Source of the DNA: Octopus sinensis | Lineage: Eukaryota | NCBI RefSeq assembly: GCF_006345805.1 | Contig: NC_043012.1 | Location: 25,916,001 to 25,980,000 of the forward strand | Reading direction: 5' to 3' | Length of the DNA stretch: 64,000 nucleotides | In this document: positions 23,904-38,268 of the stretch, in pieces | Layout of the letters: each line of letters begins with the position of its first letter | Position numbering within the stretch: position 1 is the stretch's first letter | Notes under the pieces: generated by a model | Told to the model about the DNA's origin: nothing | Seen by the model: the letters and a program-made list of their open reading frames with translations, nothing else | The model's database searches: none | Program-made: the position numbers and the translations under genes

Positions 23904-24951
23904 GTAATATTATTAAAATTAATTCTAATATGTGTCGAAATTTAGGTCAGCATAACTTTATCAAGGTAATCTAAATTGGTGAAATTCTAACTGAAAATGT
24001 AAAAGAATTTTTAGCTGTAACAAAAAGAAACGCCAAATCAAATTTAATTCTAGACATTCATTCCTTCAACCAATAGCGACCACATCATTGAATAACTAAT
24101 TCAGAGATTAAGAATAGAATATACAATACCATACTAATTCCATACTTTTTGAGAATTTGAAATCTACACAAAAAAGCTAACCTAGAAAGTGAGTATATTT
24201 ATCAATCAAAATTGAAAATGCCTCTGGATATGAAAGAACAAAAACTGCAGATAAGAATTCTACGTTATGCTTAACATGAACATATATACTTTACATCGCA
24301 ATAATCAATTAACTATTTATCTACTTAATATAATAAACCCTTCAATAGTAATTAAATTTATTTTATTATAAGAAGTTTTAAATTCAACATCATATACAAC
24401 CACTGAGTAATTAAAAAATGAAAATTAGAGGAAAGACAGCCAAACATCTATTTATTCATAATAATACACATTTATATAGGAATTAACCTGAGTATATGAT
24501 AATTGAAAAATTATTATAATTTATAATATTATATACAATTATTGATGACTGTGCGAGATAACAAAAGATTATAAATAACGGATAAGCTAATTAAATACAA
24601 ACCCTTTTATGAGAATTAAGATTATTATATAATAATTGAAAAATTACTATAATTAATAATATATACAATTACTTATGATCTAAGTGGATAAGGCAACGAA
24701 TAAAAATTATAGAAAGAATTCTACGCCATGCTTAAGCAAAGCTTCGATACTTTACATCGCTATAAATAATTACTTACTCATTTTCTTTAGCATTTTAATA
24801 GAAATTACTCTTATTATAAAATTAGTAATTAAAAGACTATTATAAGTAATAATTGAAATATTTGAAAGTCTTTTCTGAATTTAAGGCTACAACTTAAGGT
24901 TAAGTGCCCGTTAAAATTCAATAAAATTAATTTAGAATGAATTATGAATGC

Positions 24952-25069
<118 letters not shown>

Positions 25070-25189
25070 GTAGTGAATTTTTGGAGGTTTGGTTAGATGG
25101 AAAAAGAAAGGTAGATGAAAAGAAATGTAAGACCAGTTATGCCCTCCATATGTTTAAAAAGTATGTTTTGTAAATTTATCATGTACCTG

Positions 25190-25490
25190 AAGGTGAAAAT
25201 CATGGTAAAAATAACAAGTTTACGGTACATATTAAAATTTCATGCATTTTCGAAGTATATATAATGTGCAAGTACTTCATCCTTTCTTGATACAATTCTT
25301 GCATTCAAAACGTTGTGGGCTTCTTTTACAGTGGAGTTGTGTAGCATCTGCCAATCTAATCAGGATCATTTATCCTTTTCGTGTTCTTCTGTCAAGACAA
25401 CATATTTCAGTAACTGACCAGTTAATGAAATTGAAACTGTAAGTCACGACCGGTATGGCTACAGTCCTGTTTCTTCGGTCCTGTCTTTTA
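25190..25490 (-). mobile_element. R4/Dong-type LINE RT fragment
   Basis: VAIPVVTYSFNFINWSVTEICCLDRRTRK matches the R4-clade AVPVLTYSFGIINW..LDRKTRK motif. Confidence 0.75.
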
Positions 25491-25509
25491 CATTCAACTC
25501 TGTCTTGAG

Positions 25510-25740
25510 TATCATTATTATTATTATTATTTTTTTTTTTTTCTTCTTTCAAATTTGCTTCCATTTCTTGCCGAGTGTCTTCCCGACTCCTAGGGCAAAG
25601 AAACTCATAGTATACATTGGTAGGCCATTAAACCAAACTCAGTAGTTCGTTCATTTAAAAAAAATTTTTTTATTAAAGTTAAATTAAAATACATGAGCAG
25701 CAACAGTTCTCACATCGACAATGCTCTTCTCAATACGTAT
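25510..25740 (-). mobile_element. R4/Dong-type LINE, extreme 3' end
   Basis: Last codons LRRALSM*, 3'UTR and A/(AAT)n tail; nearly identical to 28655-28850. Confidence 0.85.
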
Positions 25741-25854
25741 TATTATCATCATCATCATCATCATCATTATTATTATTATTATTATTAGTAGTAGTAGTAG
25801 TAGTAGCAGCAGCAGCAGCAGCAGTTGTAGTAGTAGTAGTAGTAGTAGTAGTAT

Positions 25855-27055
25855 TTTCATTAGCATCCTCTTTCAGTTCTGTTTTCGTTTCTTGCCGAGT
25901 GTCTTCCTGACACACAGGGCAGAGAAACGTACTGTATACATTGGGAAGCCATTAAAATAAAGACACCAGATTGTCCACTTACAAAGCCATGTGATAGAGA
26001 AAAAGGGGAAGACATAGAGAAAAAGGAAAATATAATTTTTCTTTTAAAATGTAACCAAAGAATAATAGGAGAAATATGGAAAGAAAATTCGCAGCGATAA
26101 TGCTCTTCTGAGTAAATGTGCCGTACTAGTTGAGGCAATCATTTGCACTTCCTGCACGGATGGTAGGCCAAGAATTATTCTTAAATAATTTTCAGTTTAA
26201 TTTTCTTTTATCATTCCAAGTGATCCTACATTCACTGGTATTGTAAAAGTCTTGAGCTGCTACATCTTTTCGATTTTGATTAACAAATCTTTATACTTTC
26301 TGACCTTATCAAATTCTTTTGCCGAGATATGATGGTGACAGAGTATATTCATGTTAATCAATAAACATATTTTACTGTTTTGGTCAGTCACAATAATATC
26401 TGGTTTGTTTGCTCTCATGGTCCGGACTGTATATACTGAGGAGTCCCAAAGAATAGTCACGTAGCCTCCCTCAGTTACAGCCTTAGGTTAGTGCTTGTAC
26501 CATTTGTCAGCAGTTTTGATTTTATAATGCCGACACATTTTCCAGTTTAGATATTGTCCGACTCTGTCATATTTTGATTTGTACTCTACAGGTACGAAAA
26601 ACCTTATATCCAGAGATTAGGTGTTCCACTGTTTCTATACCATCGTTGAGTATCGGCACTTTGGATCTACACCATTTTTTATCACAATGGCTTGATAATT
26701 CCGGGTTAATAATCTCTGATCTTGGGTAAACAAATTAAACCCTCCACTCTCTGCCTTTAGCCTTGAGTTCCGTAGCCACTGATAGGTGTGCTTCTGGTCT
26801 ACATCAGATTGTTGGCTGCGGGCCTCATATTTGCAATGTAGAGGTTTTTGTTCCCACCTATCAGCCAATTGTTCAAATGCATTTTGCTTTGCTATTGATA
26901 TCACCTTTACAACTTCAGTTGTCGCACTTCTATCATACTGTTCAACCTGTGTATTATGCATAAACTCACTTGAAATTTTTTTTCGCTTCTTCATAACAGA
27001 ATGAAGCTTCATGGTATTCAAAGAGCTTTAGCATCCAGTCGTTACATGTTTCAAG
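25855..27055 (-). mobile_element. R4/Dong-type LINE, 5'-truncated (post-RT region and REL endonuclease)
   Basis: WEQKPLHCKY..QWLRNSRLKAESGG..QDQRLLTRNY..DPKCR; ILWD..RANKPDIIV..KEFDKVRKYKDL..IPVNVGSLG..LLRRAL. Confidence 0.9.
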
Positions 27056-27096
<41 letters not shown>

Positions 27097-27116
27097 CATT
27101 ATTATTATTATTATTA

Positions 27117-28262
27117 TGACTTTACACAGCTTCTAACGCTGGAGATATACTACGGTGTCATCTGTTCATTACCAAATGTAACACCTCTTATTTTCGAGAA
27201 CCTTCCGGAGTATTCGAGCGGTTCCAAGCAGTGCTATTTTCGCAAGTGCTCCACCCTTATTGCAGCCCATATTTTTCCACGTACTTCTCGAGATTTTTGC
27301 TCACTGTACCCAGTACTCCAACAATTATTGGTTCTACTGCTACCGTTTTCATAAGCCACAACTGCTTAACTTCCCAAGATAACGGGTCATATCTCTCGAC
27401 TTTTCTTTCTTCCTTATCGCATACCTTGTTGTCAAGTGGGTATGGTATATCTATGATCCAGCATAATTTGTTTTCTTCTCAATTAAGACTATGTCTGGTT
27501 TCCTATTCTCTATCTCAATGTTGCACTGAATCATAAAATCCCATAGGATCTTTGTATTTCTATTTTCGATGTTGTGGTCGTAACAATACTTTGCTCTATC
27601 AATTCCATATTTGTTGCAAAGTGTCCAATGAACAATCCTGGCTATATTATCGTGCCGTCCCTTATATTCCTTCTGGGCGAGTGGCGTACATTGGCTGGTA
27701 ATATGCCATACGTTTTGTCCACAGATTCTGCACTGATCACTTTCTGCTGTGTTGTCTATTCTGCATTTTATGTAGTTTGTTCTTAGTGCTTGCTCTTGGG
27801 CAGCACAGATTAGAGCCTCCCATTCCGGTTTTAAATCACCTTTAGTCAGGCACAGTCATATATTTTCTCTGTCTGTCTTATCTTCAACATCCCTATGAAA
27901 TTGACCATGCATTCTTTGCTTTATCCACCTATTTTCAGTTTTATATCTAGTTATCAACTTCCTTGTCTCCCTAAGTTGTTTAGTTCGTCTACTTTCCATG
28001 CGATTATCCCTGCTCCATATCTAAGGAGTGAAACCGCCCAGGTGATTATAGCTTCGATCTTATTCCGTTCGTTTAATTTCGACTTAAGGGCCACTCTCAG
28101 TCTGCGCAAGTACCCCATCTTAAATTTTTCCGTCATTTCTTTTTCCATCAATTTAGACATTTCCAAAATCCCCAAGTACTTATAGCCCGTATCTTCTATC
28201 TTCCCCGACGGTATCGTTAGGACCACGCATACATTATTGTCTCTCTTCAAGACTAATATACC
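27117..28262 (-). mobile_element. R4/Dong-type LINE, second subfamily, internally deleted
   Basis: YKYLGILE..NKIEAIITWAVSLLRYGAG; LICAAQEQALRTNY..CRIC..HITSQC..EYKGRHD..ILWDF..RKPDIV..ERYDPL..IIVGVLG. Confidence 0.9.
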
Positions 28263-28294
28263 ACACTGTTATTATTATTACGGTATATAGCTGT

Positions 28295-28464
28295 TTAATA
28301 AGGCAAATTTCTACTGCATCTCCTGCTACACTTCTGCGCCAACCTGTCATATCTATTAACTTTTCTTTCTTCCTTGATGTCAGCTGGCCATGTTATATCT
28401 ATGGTCCAGCATCGTTTGCTTTCTTTCTCAATGAACACTATGCCTGGCTTCCTATTCTCTATCT

Positions 28465-28466
<2 letters not shown>
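28295..28466 (-). mobile_element. R4/Dong-type REL fragment
   Basis: IENRKPGIVFIEKESKRCWTIDI..KEERKVNRYD. Confidence 0.75.
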
Positions 28467-28503
<37 letters not shown>

Positions 28504-28590
28504 TAATAATTATTATTATTATTATCATTATTATTGTTATTATTATCATTATTATCATTATCATTAATATCATTATTATTATTATTATTA

Positions 28591-28622
<32 letters not shown>

Positions 28623-28652
28623 TATTATTATTATTATCATTATTATTATTAT

Positions 28653-29203
28653 TACTTTTTTTTTCTTCTTTCAAATTTGCTTTCATTTCTTGCCGAGTGT
28701 CTTCCCGACTCCTAGGGCAAAGAAACTCATAGTATACATTGGTAGGCCATTAAACCAAACTCAATAGTTCGTTCATTTTTTTTTTCTAAGTTAAATTAAA
28801 ATACATGAGCAGCAACAGTTCTCACATCGACAATGCTCTTCTCAATACGTGTGATGTACCACTTAAGACAATCTTTTGCACTTCTTGCAGGGATGGTAAG
28901 CCAGGGATCATTCGCATATAATTTTCGGTTCCTTTCTTGATCATTCCTAGTGCTCCTACGATCACTGGTATTGTAACCACCTTGAGATGCCACATTTTCT
29001 CAATTTCAATGAGTAGGTCTTTATATTTTCTGAGCTTGTCAAACTCTTTCGCTGAGATATTATGATCACAGGGGATGCTCATGTCGATCAATAAGCAAAC
29101 TTTATTGTTTTGGTCTTTCACAACAATATCTGGTTTATTGGCCTTGATGGTTCGGTCTGTATGTATTGGAAAGTCCCACAGAATGGTTACATTTTCTCCT
29201 TTT
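28653..29203 (-). mobile_element. R4/Dong-type LINE, 5'-truncated, uninterrupted REL domain
   Basis: GENVTILWDFPIHTDRTIKANKPDIVV..LIDMSIP..KEFDKLRKYKDL..IPVIVGALG..LRRALSM; (ATT)n on both sides. Confidence 0.95.
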
Positions 29204-29204
29204 A

Positions 29205-29246
<42 letters not shown>

Positions 29247-29257
29247 TATTATTATTA

Positions 29258-29294
<37 letters not shown>

Positions 29295-29295
<1 letters not shown>

Positions 29296-29570
29296 GTGGA
29301 AGCGCAATCGCCCAGTGGTTAGGGCAGCGGACTCGCGGTCGGGGGATCGCGTTTTCGATTTCCAGACCCGGCGTTGTGTGTGTTTATTGAGTAAAAACAC
29401 CTAAAAGCTCCATGGTGACAACTTTCTCATACTATCTCTCTTCTTGTTTCTTGAGTAACGCTGTGATGGACTGGCCTCCCGTCCAGCTGGAGGGAACACG
29501 TGCGCCACAGAAATCGAGAAACCGGGCCCATGAGCCTGGCTAGGCTTGAAAAGGGCGAAAAATAATAAAC
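29295..29570 (+). mobile_element. Chimeric tRNA SINE (family D head, family C-type 3' part)
   Basis: Head as in 55259; 3' part GTGATGGACTGGCCTCCCGTCCAG..CCGGGCCCATGAGCCTGGCTAGG as in 62078-62330. Confidence 0.85.
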
Positions 29571-30134
29571 AAATTATTATTATTATTATATTATTATTAT
29601 TATTAATTAAAACAGTTTGATTCGGCTCTATGAAACTTAAATTTTCACAGGCCTTCAATAGAAACGCGTCCCGTTCGTCTTTTGATCAACGAACAACATG
29701 GATTTCTGTCAGAAACCCAAAAATATTTGAGCCGCCTGGACTCAATCAAACTGTTTTAAATATTGCATGTAACTCTTATTAAATGTGCTGAGTGTTTTTT
29801 CTTCCATTTGTCCACTCAGTAACGCATTAGCTTCAATTTAAACACACCACTAATCTCTGTGTTTGTTCGCGGGATTTATTCTTTCTTTCTCTCTTGACCA
29901 TTTTTCTTTTTATTTTTGTCTAGCGTGTAATTCTAATTCAATGATTCTTTGGAAGAAGGACAGAAATTTCGGGATAGAGAGGAGGGAGGAAATCAATCCT
30001 ATCGACACCAGTGTTCATATGGTAATTATTTCATCGACCCTGAAAGAGTGAAATTTGGAGTCAACCTCGGCGAACAAGAAGACCGACAAAGTTTTGCTAA
30101 GCAATTTGCCTAGAGAGCTAACAATTCCAAACTT

Positions 30135-30340
30135 TTAATCTTGGTTTCAGACTTTGTTACGAGCCCAGTAATTTCGGAGGCGGGAGTAAGTAGACTAGAT
30201 CGGCTCAAGTACTTAAGTGTTACTTACTATATAAATCCCGGATTGATGAACGGTAAAGTCGATCCCGGCAGAGTTTGAACCGGAGAAATTAAGTTCGGAC
30301 GAAATGGCGCTCAGGATATTACACGGCGTGCTGACGAACT
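30135..30340 (-). mobile_element. Old degenerate SINE family B copy
   Basis: Residual GTCGATCCCGGCAGAGTTTGAAC..GACGAAATG..CGGCGTGCTGACG. Confidence 0.6.
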
Positions 30341-30509
30341 CAGTTTATTAAAACCACATCATGTTCAGTGGGCTTCAGAATAACGTTATGGCATCACGTG
30401 TATGTGGAAGATAAAAGCAATAACGTTTTGTTTATACGAATAGGAATGTATTTGGTGAATAGACCGCATGATGAGCATCGAGCCCGAAGAAGAATCCAAC
30501 AATATACAT

Positions 30510-30560
30510 AGATGCACTTATATATGTGTGTGTGTGTGTATACATATATATATATATATG

Positions 30561-30600
<40 letters not shown>

Positions 30601-30831
30601 CATATGTATACATATGTATGTATATATTGTGTATATATATATATACATATCTGTATACGTATGTATGTATATATATATATTTATATATATATATATACAT
30701 ATGTATGTATATATGCATATATATATGAATATATACATATATATATATATATATAAATATATACATATGTATACGTATGTATGTATATATATGTATATAT
30801 ATATATATACATATCTGTATACGTATGTATG

Positions 30832-30897
<66 letters not shown>

Positions 30898-31165
30898 GTA
30901 TGTATATATGCATATATATATGAAATATACTATATATGTATATAAATGTGTATATATATACATATGTATATATATACGTATGTATATGTATATATGTACA
31001 GAGAGACAGAGAGAAAGAAAATATAATTATAGATATAGTTACGCATTCCACGTATTATGTACATACATGCATGCATATAAATATATTTGTACATGTATAT
31101 ATGTGTGTGTATGCGTGTTTATGCATATATATACATATACATATATACATATACATATATATACA

Positions 31166-31205
<40 letters not shown>

Positions 31206-31876
31206 TATATATATGTATGTATGAATGTACGTGTGTCTATGTATATATATATATATTTTTTTTTTCACACACACACACATAACATGTGTGTCTACATGTA
31301 TGAATACATGCAGAAATGCATGTTCGTGTGTTTATCAATATATGCGTGCGTGACTGCGTGAACGAAAATCAAATGCCATGCTGATATACTCAAATCCATA
31401 CATGTACTTAAAACGCACACACATACACACTCACACACAAACCAAAAAAACCCACTCACACACACACACACACACACACAACCACACAACACAGGTACAC
31501 TTACATATAGACTCAAACACGCAAAATCAACCGGTAAAAAGCAAAGTGCTCGCTAGATGCGTTTAAAGCATTAATGATTTAACGATATACCAGCGGTCGT
31601 AATGTTATGGTTTATCTAGTAGTTAACTATCGGTAATTTTTGGTAGCCCTGTTCATTTGCTTCAAGGCAAAAATGTGGTGAAAGCGTAAATAATTTCAAT
31701 TGCCACTTCTAATACAGCAAGCAATCTTAATAAACGGCTTTCCTGCGGTCTGTTGTTTCTGTAACATAATTAGTAACGCGTAATGAAGGAATCGGTAAAA
31801 GTCTTCCTCCCAGAATATTTCTTATTTTATTTTCGATGTATATACATGCATGCATACATTCGTATATACGTGTGTG

Positions 31877-31913
<37 letters not shown>

Positions 31914-31935
31914 ATATATATGTATATATATATAG

Positions 31936-31987
<52 letters not shown>

Positions 31988-32120
31988 ATATATATATTGT
32001 ATATATATTATATATATATATATATATGTGTTGTGTGTATATATATATGTATATATATATATATATATATAATATATATATGTGTGGTGTGTGTGTGTTG
32101 TATATATTGTATATATATAG

Positions 32121-32164
<44 letters not shown>

Positions 32165-32241
32165 ATATATAATGTATATATATATAGTTATACATAAATA
32201 TATATGTGTGTGTGTGGTGTATATATATGTATATATATAGT

Positions 32242-32275
<34 letters not shown>

Positions 32276-32396
32276 TGTGTGTGTGTGTGTATATATATGT
32301 ATATATATATTTATATATTATATATATATATATATGTATATATATGTATATACATATATGTATATACATACATATATATATGTATATACTACGTAC

Positions 32397-32444
<48 letters not shown>

Positions 32445-32473
32445 GTATGCTTGCGCGTATGTATATATGTATG

Positions 32474-32511
<38 letters not shown>

Positions 32512-32640
32512 AGTGTGTGTGTATAAATGTGTACTTATATATATATGCATATTCATATATTGATAAATGCACATATACATATGTATGTGCTAGCGTGCGT
32601 GCGTGCGTGTGTGCGTGCGTGCATGTGTCTGCCTGTGTTC
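30510..32640. repeat. Compound (TA)n/(TG)n/(CA)n microsatellite field
   Basis: Directly visible, with one ~350-bp unique interruption. Confidence 0.95.
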
Positions 32641-33075
32641 GTTTGTTTAATTTCATTTTGTTTTCTCTTTCAAAGCGATGCCGAATCTAGAAAGAATCTC
32701 TGTAACAGGTAATTTCAATCTTTGAAATGAAAGCTTATCGGAGAATAGCAATGTTAAGAAAATGACCGTTTTCATACGGTACACCATTAATTGAGCGTTG
32801 GTTCCCATAAGAGAAAACGAATACAACTGGTGAACGACTGAAGATGGATTACGGAGCAAAATAGGTTGTCGATAGTCTAAACATGAATGCGAATATGGGA
32901 ATGTTGGGAATGTGCACAATATTAGAAGGAACAGAAATAAATAAATGAAAGGAGGAATAATATAAATAAAGATATAGCAGCCTTGCTAATGTGGTGTATT
33001 AGAATTCTAGAATTCAAGCAAGAATAGCGAAGTAGTGTTTGCTCTACTTTCATGTAGGATATCACAAATACATAC

Positions 33076-33106
<31 letters not shown>

Positions 33107-33119
33107 ACACACACACACA

Positions 33120-33166
<47 letters not shown>

Positions 33167-33270
33167 GTATCTGATTGTGAGCGTGTGTGTAAGTTAATGT
33201 TTATTTTATATCAGTGATAATAAAACAATTTTATGTTAATCTGTTGGGTTACGCTATAGTTTCCTTAGAG

Positions 33271-33302
<32 letters not shown>

Positions 33303-33483
33303 ATATATATATGTATGTATATATATTATTCTTAAACAAGATTGTTATTGACAGTGACTTCGAAGTTTAGGCCAAACAATTCATCGTATGCTTATATAGG
33401 AAAGAGTAGAAATATAAAGAACAGAAATCGAAAATACACTTAAGAAGATTTATTTACATTAATTAAGAAAGGTGGTAAGTATA

Positions 33484-33642
33484 GGCATAGGAGTGGCTGT
33501 GTGGTAAGTAGCTTGCTTACGAACCACATGGTCCCGGGTTCAGTCTCACTGAGTGGCATCTTGGACAAGTGTCTTCTACTATAGCCTCGGGCCGACCGAA
33601 GACTTGTGAGTGGATTTGGTAGACGGAAACTGAAAGAAGCCC

Positions 33643-33690
<48 letters not shown>

Positions 33691-33978
33691 TATATATATA
33701 TACACACACACATATATATATATATATGTGTGTGTGTGGATATGTATATGTATGTGTGTGTATATGCTTGTGTGTCTGTGCTTGTCCCCCCAACATCGCT
33801 TGACAACCGATGCTGGTGTTTACGTCCCCTTAAACCTAGCGGTTCGGCAAAAAGAGACCGACAGAAAAAGTACTAGGCTTACAAAAACTAAGTCCTGGGG
33901 TCGATTTGCTCGACTAAAGGCGGTGCTCCAGCATCGCTGCAGTCAAATGACTGAAACAAGTAAAAGAGTAAAAGAGTA
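33484..33978 (+). mobile_element. SINE family A, full length
   Basis: Head GGAGTGGCTGTGTGGTAAGTAG..GGGTTCAGTCTCAC, internal (TA)/(CA)/(TG), tail GGCGGTGCTCCAGCAT..AAGTAAAAGAGTAAAAGAG. Confidence 0.95.
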
Positions 33979-34420
33979 ATTTTAGGATTTTTCAAATGTA
34001 CTGCACTCTGGAGTCCTATTGAGATATATTCTATCTGTGCCCATTCCAACCATAGTATGAAATCACCCAAATTTACATGAACATTTGCTAGTAGATACTA
34101 AACATTACAAGTCGACAACACCTACGAGAACCTGTAGAATTAAGAAATTTCGCCAAATATCCGCTTGAGATGGTTGTGAGAGCATATGAACGATAAACGC
34201 ACGAAATTGTGTGCTATCTTTATATGCTATATTTGGGGGACGTCTTTCTATTTGCTCATGTAACAACTTAGAACTCAATTGAGGCCATGTATGGGTTGAT
34301 TTTTAAATTAACATATCTATTTTAGATTCAGTTAAAGTAATTTGAACCCCGATATCTTAACAAATTTTCAAATTTTAGTCAAGGAGAATACGCTAAGGAT
34401 TTACGAATTAGTACAACGAT

Positions 34421-34790
34421 AAGGCGGAGAGCGGGCGAAATGCTTAGCGGTATTTCATCTGCTGCTACGTTCTGAGTTCAAATTCTACCGAGGTCGACTT
34501 TGCTTTCATCCTTTCGGGGTCGATTAATAAGTATCAGTTACGCACTGGGGTCGATATAATCGACATAATCCGTTTGTCTGTCCTTGATTGTCCTCTCTGT
34601 GTTTAGCCCCTTGTGGGTAGCAAAGAAATAGGTATTTCGTCTGTCTTTACTTACTCAGTTCAAATTCCACCGAGGTGGACTTTGCCTTTCATCCTTTCGG
34701 GGCCAATTAAATAAGTACGCGTTACGCACTGGGGTCGATGTGATCAACTTAATCCCTTTGTCTCTCCTTGTTTGTCTCCCCTATGTTTAG
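34421..34790 (+). mobile_element. SINE family B with two internal units
   Basis: Two ~175-bp units, each with a B-box and GCCTTTCATCCTTTCGGGG core. Confidence 0.9.
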
Positions 34791-35353
34791 CATATAAGGC
34801 TTCACACAAGTTACCTGTTAACGTCATTAATACTCAATTTAAATTTCTATAGAGTTACAATGTACACGACTATGGATAAAAGTCTTTTAAATTCTTTGGT
34901 TAATCATATCTTACTATCTACATAATAATTCACTAAACATATACATAAAGACTATATTTACCACCGGGAAGAGAGGACCCTGTTGTGGCTGACGTAGAAC
35001 GTTTCAAGAGAGAATTGAACCGATAATAATGATCACCAATGTCGCTGGAGAGGAAGAAATTGAAAAGGTCTCATGCAAAATCCATTACTCAATGTAACAC
35101 CGATGAACAGAGATCTTGCGTGCCCACTCAAACATAGACATACGCACACGCACACACACACACACACGCACACACAAACACGCCACAAGTGTGTGTTTAT
35201 ACATGCATGTATATATATATATATCTGTATCTATCTATCTAGTTAGCTATATATATATATATATATATATATATACTCTTTTACGCTTTTACTTGGGACT
35301 GAACCCGGAACCATGTGGTTGGTAAACAAGCTACTTACCACACAGCCACTCCT

Positions 35354-35402
<49 letters not shown>

Positions 35403-35416
35403 TATATATATATATA

Positions 35417-35505
35417 TTGGCGCTAAATAACTGCAACATTCTTTCCTTTCCTGGACTGCCACTTTCCAATGGCAACCACCATCTCTCTCTCTCTCTCTCT
35501 GTATA

Positions 35506-35558
<53 letters not shown>

Positions 35559-35624
35559 GGCTTGTTGCCAACTTAATGTGGCAGTCCCAGGAAAGGAAAG
35601 AACGTTACTGTTATTTAGCCCTAA
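35417..35624. mobile_element. MITE-like inverted repeat enclosing a microsatellite
   Basis: ~65-bp imperfect arms (GCTAAATAAC..TTCTTTCCTTTCCTGG..TGGCAAC..CCATC) around (CT)n(AT)n. Confidence 0.6.
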
Positions 35625-36079
35625 GAAACACCATGTGTGGTTGACTATGCGACACAAACGTTCTGTGTATGTATGCGTAATTGTAGTTGTTGATATAGAT
35701 TTAGATATAGATATAGCTGTATATGTAAATACATATATAGGACTATTCCACCGTATACAACATATTTATGTAACCTGTATATTTATAAATAGGTGATATC
35801 AGATATACAAAAAGAAAATTGAACGTATCTCAAGAATATTCTTTTAAATTTAAATCATTTTACATTCGGTATTGAACAATAATTTTTATTTCATTTCTTT
35901 CTTTCATTCTTTCTTTCTTTCTTTTTGAGAAAGAAGTGTTGTTCGCTCCTTCTGCAGAAGATAATGAAAGAATCGAAAGAAATTTATAAAACGTTATAAA
36001 GAGTACGTTAACGGTATCAGATCAATATTGGTCAGACACCCGAAATCGTACACACACAGACACATACGTGTGTGTGTGT

Positions 36080-36700
<621 letters not shown>

Positions 36701-37184
36701 TACAATAATACGAATACACAGACTACATACAGACATCCATACACACACATGTACGTTAATTTCTATGCCAGTATATGTGTGTGTGTGTATATGCGCGTGT
36801 GTGTGCTACCGTACAATTCCATCACCCATCGAACATATTGATCACATACACAACATACTGTATAACACAGCCTGTTGGTCAGGCAGCTAATCTTTAAAAA
36901 TATATGTTCTTTATATCTCATGATTGATAAATCTGCAGAAGACAGACTTTTCCATTTTTTTCTTCTCACGCGACATCTATGACATCATATCGGAGAAAAT
37001 ATCAGCAACGGTTTTTCTAAAGAATCATAGAATAATACCGATACAATCGACATAGTTGCATCAATATATTTTGTCTAGCAACGATTTCGTTAAAAAAAAT
37101 AAAAGATGGCTAGCATGTATTAAATAATTGGCAACATCTCCGTTCGAAATAATGTTGTCTGTTTATTGTTTAGTATTTTATGTA

Positions 37185-37201
37185 TTTTGTTATATTACTA
37201 C

Positions 37202-37237
<36 letters not shown>

Positions 37238-37255
37238 CATTATTATTATTATTAC

Positions 37256-37299
<44 letters not shown>

Positions 37300-37556
37300 T
37301 TATTATTTTTATTTTTATTATTATTATATTATTACTATTATTATTATTATTACTATTATTATTATTATTATTATTGTTATTATTATTTTTTTATTATTAT
37401 TATATTATTATTATTACTATTTTATTATTATTGTTATTATTATTATTATTATTACTATTATTATTATTATTATTGTTATTTTTATTATTATTATTTTTAT
37501 TATTATTATTATTACTATTATTATTATATTATTATTATTATTATTATTACTATTAC

Positions 37557-37593
<37 letters not shown>

Positions 37594-37725
37594 GTTATTA
37601 TTATTATTACTATTATTATTATTATTATTATTACTATTATTATTATTATTATTATTATTACTATTATTATTATTATTATTATTGTTATTATTGCTGTTAT
37701 AATAATAATAATAATAATAATCATT
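37185..37725. repeat. ~540-bp (ATT)n array
   Basis: Directly visible; source of the poly-I/L/Y/N ORFs. Confidence 0.95.
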
Positions 37726-38268
37726 ATTTAAAATTCGTTTTTGGTCGAGCGTGTATGAGGTCGCTTGGTCTGCTAAATGTGCATGCACAATTCTCTCTCT
37801 TTATAATTTTACTATCCTCTAGTTTCGTCGTTTTACTCGGTAGCTGGACTGCAGCCATGCTGGGGAATCAACAGGAAGGGAATTCACACATCAAATCGGG
37901 CTTCCACACATTTTCCACGAACCCAGTTCAGGTAAAGTTGCGCCCGAAAGAACGTGGTCATAAAGTAGGGCTTCTATTATGCCTGGTGTTATAAAAGAAA
38001 TGCAAATAAATAATGTAAGATTTTATGAATAGAATATCCGTCTATGTTGTGATGGTCACATCTGGTTTGTTTGTATTAGATGTGTAAATAGGATGAATGG
38101 GAATATTTATTGGGACGGTTTCTGATATCAGAACAAAAAGAGTTGATGAATATCTCACTGGATTTCCTGTCCTGATGTTCCAACGATTCTGATTTCAAAT
38201 CTAGGAAACGACTAAGCAATTTCAGGTATAGTTGAACGTTAACATACTCACCAGTACTCTACTCGGGA

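Noticed and set aside
25331-25438. Apparent plus-strand exon (TTTTACAG..GTAAGT)
   Set aside because: It is the antisense of an R4/Dong RT fragment.
32700-32900. FEMKAYRR, similar to the RTE FEMKCYRR motif
   Set aside because: Too short and decayed to call.
37128-37994. 288-aa ORF
   Set aside because: Poly-I/L/Y/N from the (ATT)n array.
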